Shown in pieces: positions 60,608 through 64,000 of a stretch of 64,000 nucleotides of DNA. A model generated the notes under the pieces. The model worked only from the letters and a program-made list of their open reading frames with translations, had not been told where the DNA came from and searched no databases. Numbering within the stretch: position 1 is the first letter of the stretch; every line of letters begins with the position of its first letter. The DNA comes from Lepidodermella squamata (taxonomy: Eukaryota > Animalia > Gastrotricha): positions 62,001-126,000 of the forward strand of contig JBLDXI010000054.1 in NCBI GenBank assembly GCA_047495785.1, read 5' to 3'. The translations under genes were made by a program, and so were the position numbers.

Positions 60608-63600
60608 GTGAAATTTGCAAATAGCCAGGTCATCGTGAGAAAGATGCCGTCATTCTGACAAGCCAACAAGAACGCGTTATTCCCATCTTTGTCAACAGCC
60701 GATAAGTCCGCACCCGAATCGACGAGAAGATTGGCAACATTCTCCGCGCTTTCACTAGCTGCAATCATTAACGGAGTTTTACCTGTTGATTCACGTTCTT
60801 CTAGGCCGATGCCAGCAGTTTTGATCAGCAATCTCGCCAGATCAACGTCATCTACACGAGCAGCTTGATGCAGTAATGTATAATTTGTGTATCTGTATGT
60901 CGTTGAATTAATCCTGATTGTAACATCGGCCCCTTTCGATATCAGATATTCGTAGACTTGAACGCGATCTGACGACTTCAAGTACATGGCTGCGACTACA
61001 AGTGGGGTCCTGCCTTCGGTATCCTTGTCAGAAACAGAATTGCCAGCCTCCTCAATAGCGAATTTTACCACAGGAAGAGCAGGCATCTTAGAAATCCGGC
61101 AAGCCTCGAAAATTATTTGATCTAAGTTTTTCGAAGCTCCCTGCGAAACGAGAAATTTCACAATTTCAAGATTCGTTGCCGTCGCGTCGAGAATCGCCGT
61201 TCTTCCGTTCGCTTCTAAATCGACATCTGCACCGAATTGCATGAGTAATTGGACTAGATCAAGGCGACCTTGTTCTGCGGCAAGCATTAGAGCGGATTTC
61301 TTGTACCCTGGATGAATCGCATTTGCGTCGCCATCATTTTCCAGTAGAATCTGAAGCATTTCCAACGAAGCATTGGCAACACTTAAAGCAGCAGCCACCA
61401 CTGGGATCGGTTGGTCGTAAATTAAGGTCTCGCAACCTACGTAATCGTCGTGCTGTTCTATTATGAGATCGCCCCCGCGGGCTTGATTGAGTCGAATCAT
61501 ATCGCGAACAGCAGTGATGTTCCCGGCTTTGACTTTTCCAGCAAATTCCTAGTGGAAGGAATAATTCATCTTGTTTGTGCCCTACGAGAGTGCTGTTGTG
61601 CCAAACTTTCCTCAGGTGTTCTGTTGTACTTTTCTGCCCGAATTTTCAAACTAACGAGGTGGTTCCAACCCGGGTGGACATAAGCTTCAAACTCAATTGT
61701 AACCTACCGAGATAAGCGATTCACTCCGCACAGCTTTCACAGCTGATCGCGTAGTAACTCTGGTCTTCATTGCAGTCGTTGATCTTGCCTTGAAAATAGC
61801 TCCAACAATCGGCTCCAGACCATCATTGATTGCCTCGTCGCTTGGCGTCAGTGGCCAAATTTTAGCTGAAGCTATTGTTGCTGGTGTCGTCGAAATCGTT
61901 GATAAACTCGTTGTTGTAGAAGTTACTGGACTGGTCGATGATCTCTTGACTAACTCACGGCCCAAGGCAGCACCTCGTCTTCTCAAACTGCCAATACTGA
62001 ATTCATCTTCCCACATTGTCGCGACGTCCAAAGCAGTCTCACCCACGTCATTCGTTACATTTACATCAACACCAAGATCGAGCAAGGCCACAAGAGTTTG
62101 CTGCCGATCTTTTGACGCTGCTGAAGACATGAGAGCGGTATAGCCCGCATCTTTAGCCCGAATGTTGAAATCGTAGCCTTTACTGGCTAAGTACTGCATA
62201 ATTTCAACAAGAGCCCAGTCGCTCACCTGCCAACCATTTCGCCATTGAAGGCGATAGTCGCAGGCTGCAGCTTTCGACCTTGAATTAACGTCATTCTGTC
62301 CGATTTCAATGGCAAACTTGATAAACGTTAAAAGGCCCGACCCAGGACGATTAATTTGACAAGCTTGAAGCAGCATATTATCACTTTGGTTATTTCGAGC
62401 CTGCGCATCCGCTCCTTGGTCGATCAAATATTGGAGTAGACCGATGGAATACCCAGTCCTAGGCGCGATCAGCAAAGGCGTGTTGTCTTCCTTGTCTCTC
62501 GCATTGACTTCCATTTTGAACTGTTCGACCAGTAATCGAGCGAAGGGCACGGGATCAATAGTGTCAACCGCGCAAAGTAAGTGAAGGGCAGTTTGTCCGG
62601 CGGAGTTTCTGGAATCAGGCGATTCGAATGGTAACAAGTAGTAAACAAGCCGAAGATATTCTTGAGTGATTGGGCCGTCAAAAGCAACCATCAACGCCGA
62701 CTGGTTCTTCTGGTCTCGAAAATCCGTCCTTGCTGCGAACTTTTCAACGAGAAGTCTCGCTAGGTCCAGCCGGCCATTTCTTGCTGCCCAGAGAAATGGA
62801 GTTTTTGAATCGTCTCTAGCGTTGAAGTTTTGGCCGCTTCGCTGTTTGTTGAAGCCATCGACATTTGCACCATTTTGTAGTAGTAATTCGACCATTTCGT
62901 AGCTCTGATTTGTTCGAATTGCATTAACTAAAGCCGGGGCTCGGCTTCCTGGTTGGTAATATGCCGTGGAATTTGCGTTAACAAGGCCCGAATTCAACAT
63001 TTGCTGAACTGAAGAAATTTGGCCCGACATAACAGCTTGGTTGAAAGCCTAAATGAGCATCTTGAAACCTGAAGTAGCCAAACATGTTCAAGGTCTTACG
63101 CTGTCGTAATCGATCGCCCTTGCGTGAATGATTGCACCCAGGAAACATATTTCGAGCAAAAATACGTAGATGGTTATCATTTGACTGCTTCGGAAAATAT
63201 GTATGAAATAAGTCTGAATTCAACGACACGTGAATGTTTTTTCAGCTGTCATTAAGCAATATTATAACACGATTCTACTACGGCATTGCCGAGCGTGGTC
63301 ATCCAGGTTTGCCAAAAAGGTTTTTTCCACCTTGAGGAATTTTGTTTTTCTACTTAGGTAAATGGCAAACCTTTGACATGCAAATATTTAATTTTTGAAA
63401 TAATGCTCAAATCTAAGGGACAGGAATGTTTTTTCAGCTATTGTTAAGATAATATAAAAACAGGATTCTACTACGGCATTGCCGAGCGTAGTCATTCAGT
63501 TGTATGCCAAAGAGGTTTTTCCACCTTTAGAAATTTATTTTTTTCTCCTCAATCACGTAGCGCTATTGTGTGCTCAAGCCATCTTCGTGATGATATGGTC

Positions 63601-63654
63601 ACCCAGTTTTGCATCATGGCCACTGTTTACTGAGGCAAAAAATCGCTAATAGAG

Positions 63655-64000
63655 TGTAACAGTATAACACTTGTGATATTTCGATATTGTTCTCGTTATT
63701 ATGATACGCTTCTATTGCGCAGTCGTTGATTGATAATCATTGGCGTTATAAGCACGCGTTTGTACCATGGATCTTTATTCTGGTTATTTCCTTGTTTTAA
63801 TAAACACCAATGTTGCCTTAAGGGTGTCGTTGTTTGCTTACAAAATAACCAGAATCAATTCATCGTCTTTGGCCCTACCCAACATTGGTGTGCGATGTCG
63901 ATGCCTGCACCTACGACTGAGCAAGTCGAAGCTCTCGCCAGCCAACTTGCGGCTGTAACTGTTCAGCTCAAGGAACTTCAGGGCACCAAGGCAAGTTTCG
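63655..64000 (+). mobile_element. Second chromovirus copy: 5' LTR (63655-63842), leader and gag start (63895), running off the window
   Basis: 188-bp TG...CA LTR nearly identical to the reverse complement of 51667-51854. Inserted after TAGAG in the conserved ankyrin upstream region. Confidence 0.92.

Larger units (their letters stand above)
56695..63180 (-). pseudogene. Double-ankyrin copy 6: exons 63180-63100 and 63048-61708 intact; exon 3 split (61548-60609 and 57054-56695) by a 3.55-kb insertion
   Basis: FANFT/GVDVNSQ is split by the satellite-bearing insertion; the reading frames on both sides are still open. Confidence 0.85.

Noticed and set aside
13436-63180. Endosymbiont (Wolbachia-like) ankyrin contamination or latrotoxin genes
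   Set aside because: Spliceosomal introns and eukaryotic TEs show nuclear residence, and there is no latrotoxin-type large N-terminal domain. Ancient horizontal origin is not excluded.

Overview
Eukaryotic, probably invertebrate-animal, genomic DNA: short GT-AG introns of about 50-60 nt and very dense transposon insertions. Positions 1-12.3 kb hold two pepsin-family aspartic protease genes and two divergent class C (GABA-B-like) GPCR genes, plus a GPCR 3' remnant. The rest (13.4-63.2 kb, minus strand) is a six-copy tandem array of one three-exon gene. The ORF track shows it as two alternating ankyrin ORF types, but conserved phase-0 splice sites join a signal-peptide exon, ankyrin module B with a Ser/Thr linker, and ankyrin module A with a Thr-rich tail. 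The predicted product is a secreted ~900-975 aa double-ankyrin glycoprotein. Differences between copies cluster in aromatic-rich loop and helix-end positions, and the copies are mosaic. Copies 1, 2 and 5 are intact; 3, 4 and 6 are damaged by TEs or deletion. Also present: a chromovirus LTR element with a self-priming (Tf1/sushi-type) primer site nested three deep in DNA transposons, a LINE, a Helentron-like element, MULE and hAT relics, many MITEs, and a 179-bp x ~15.5 satellite inserted in an exon. All calls come from reading the sequence by eye; no searches were run.
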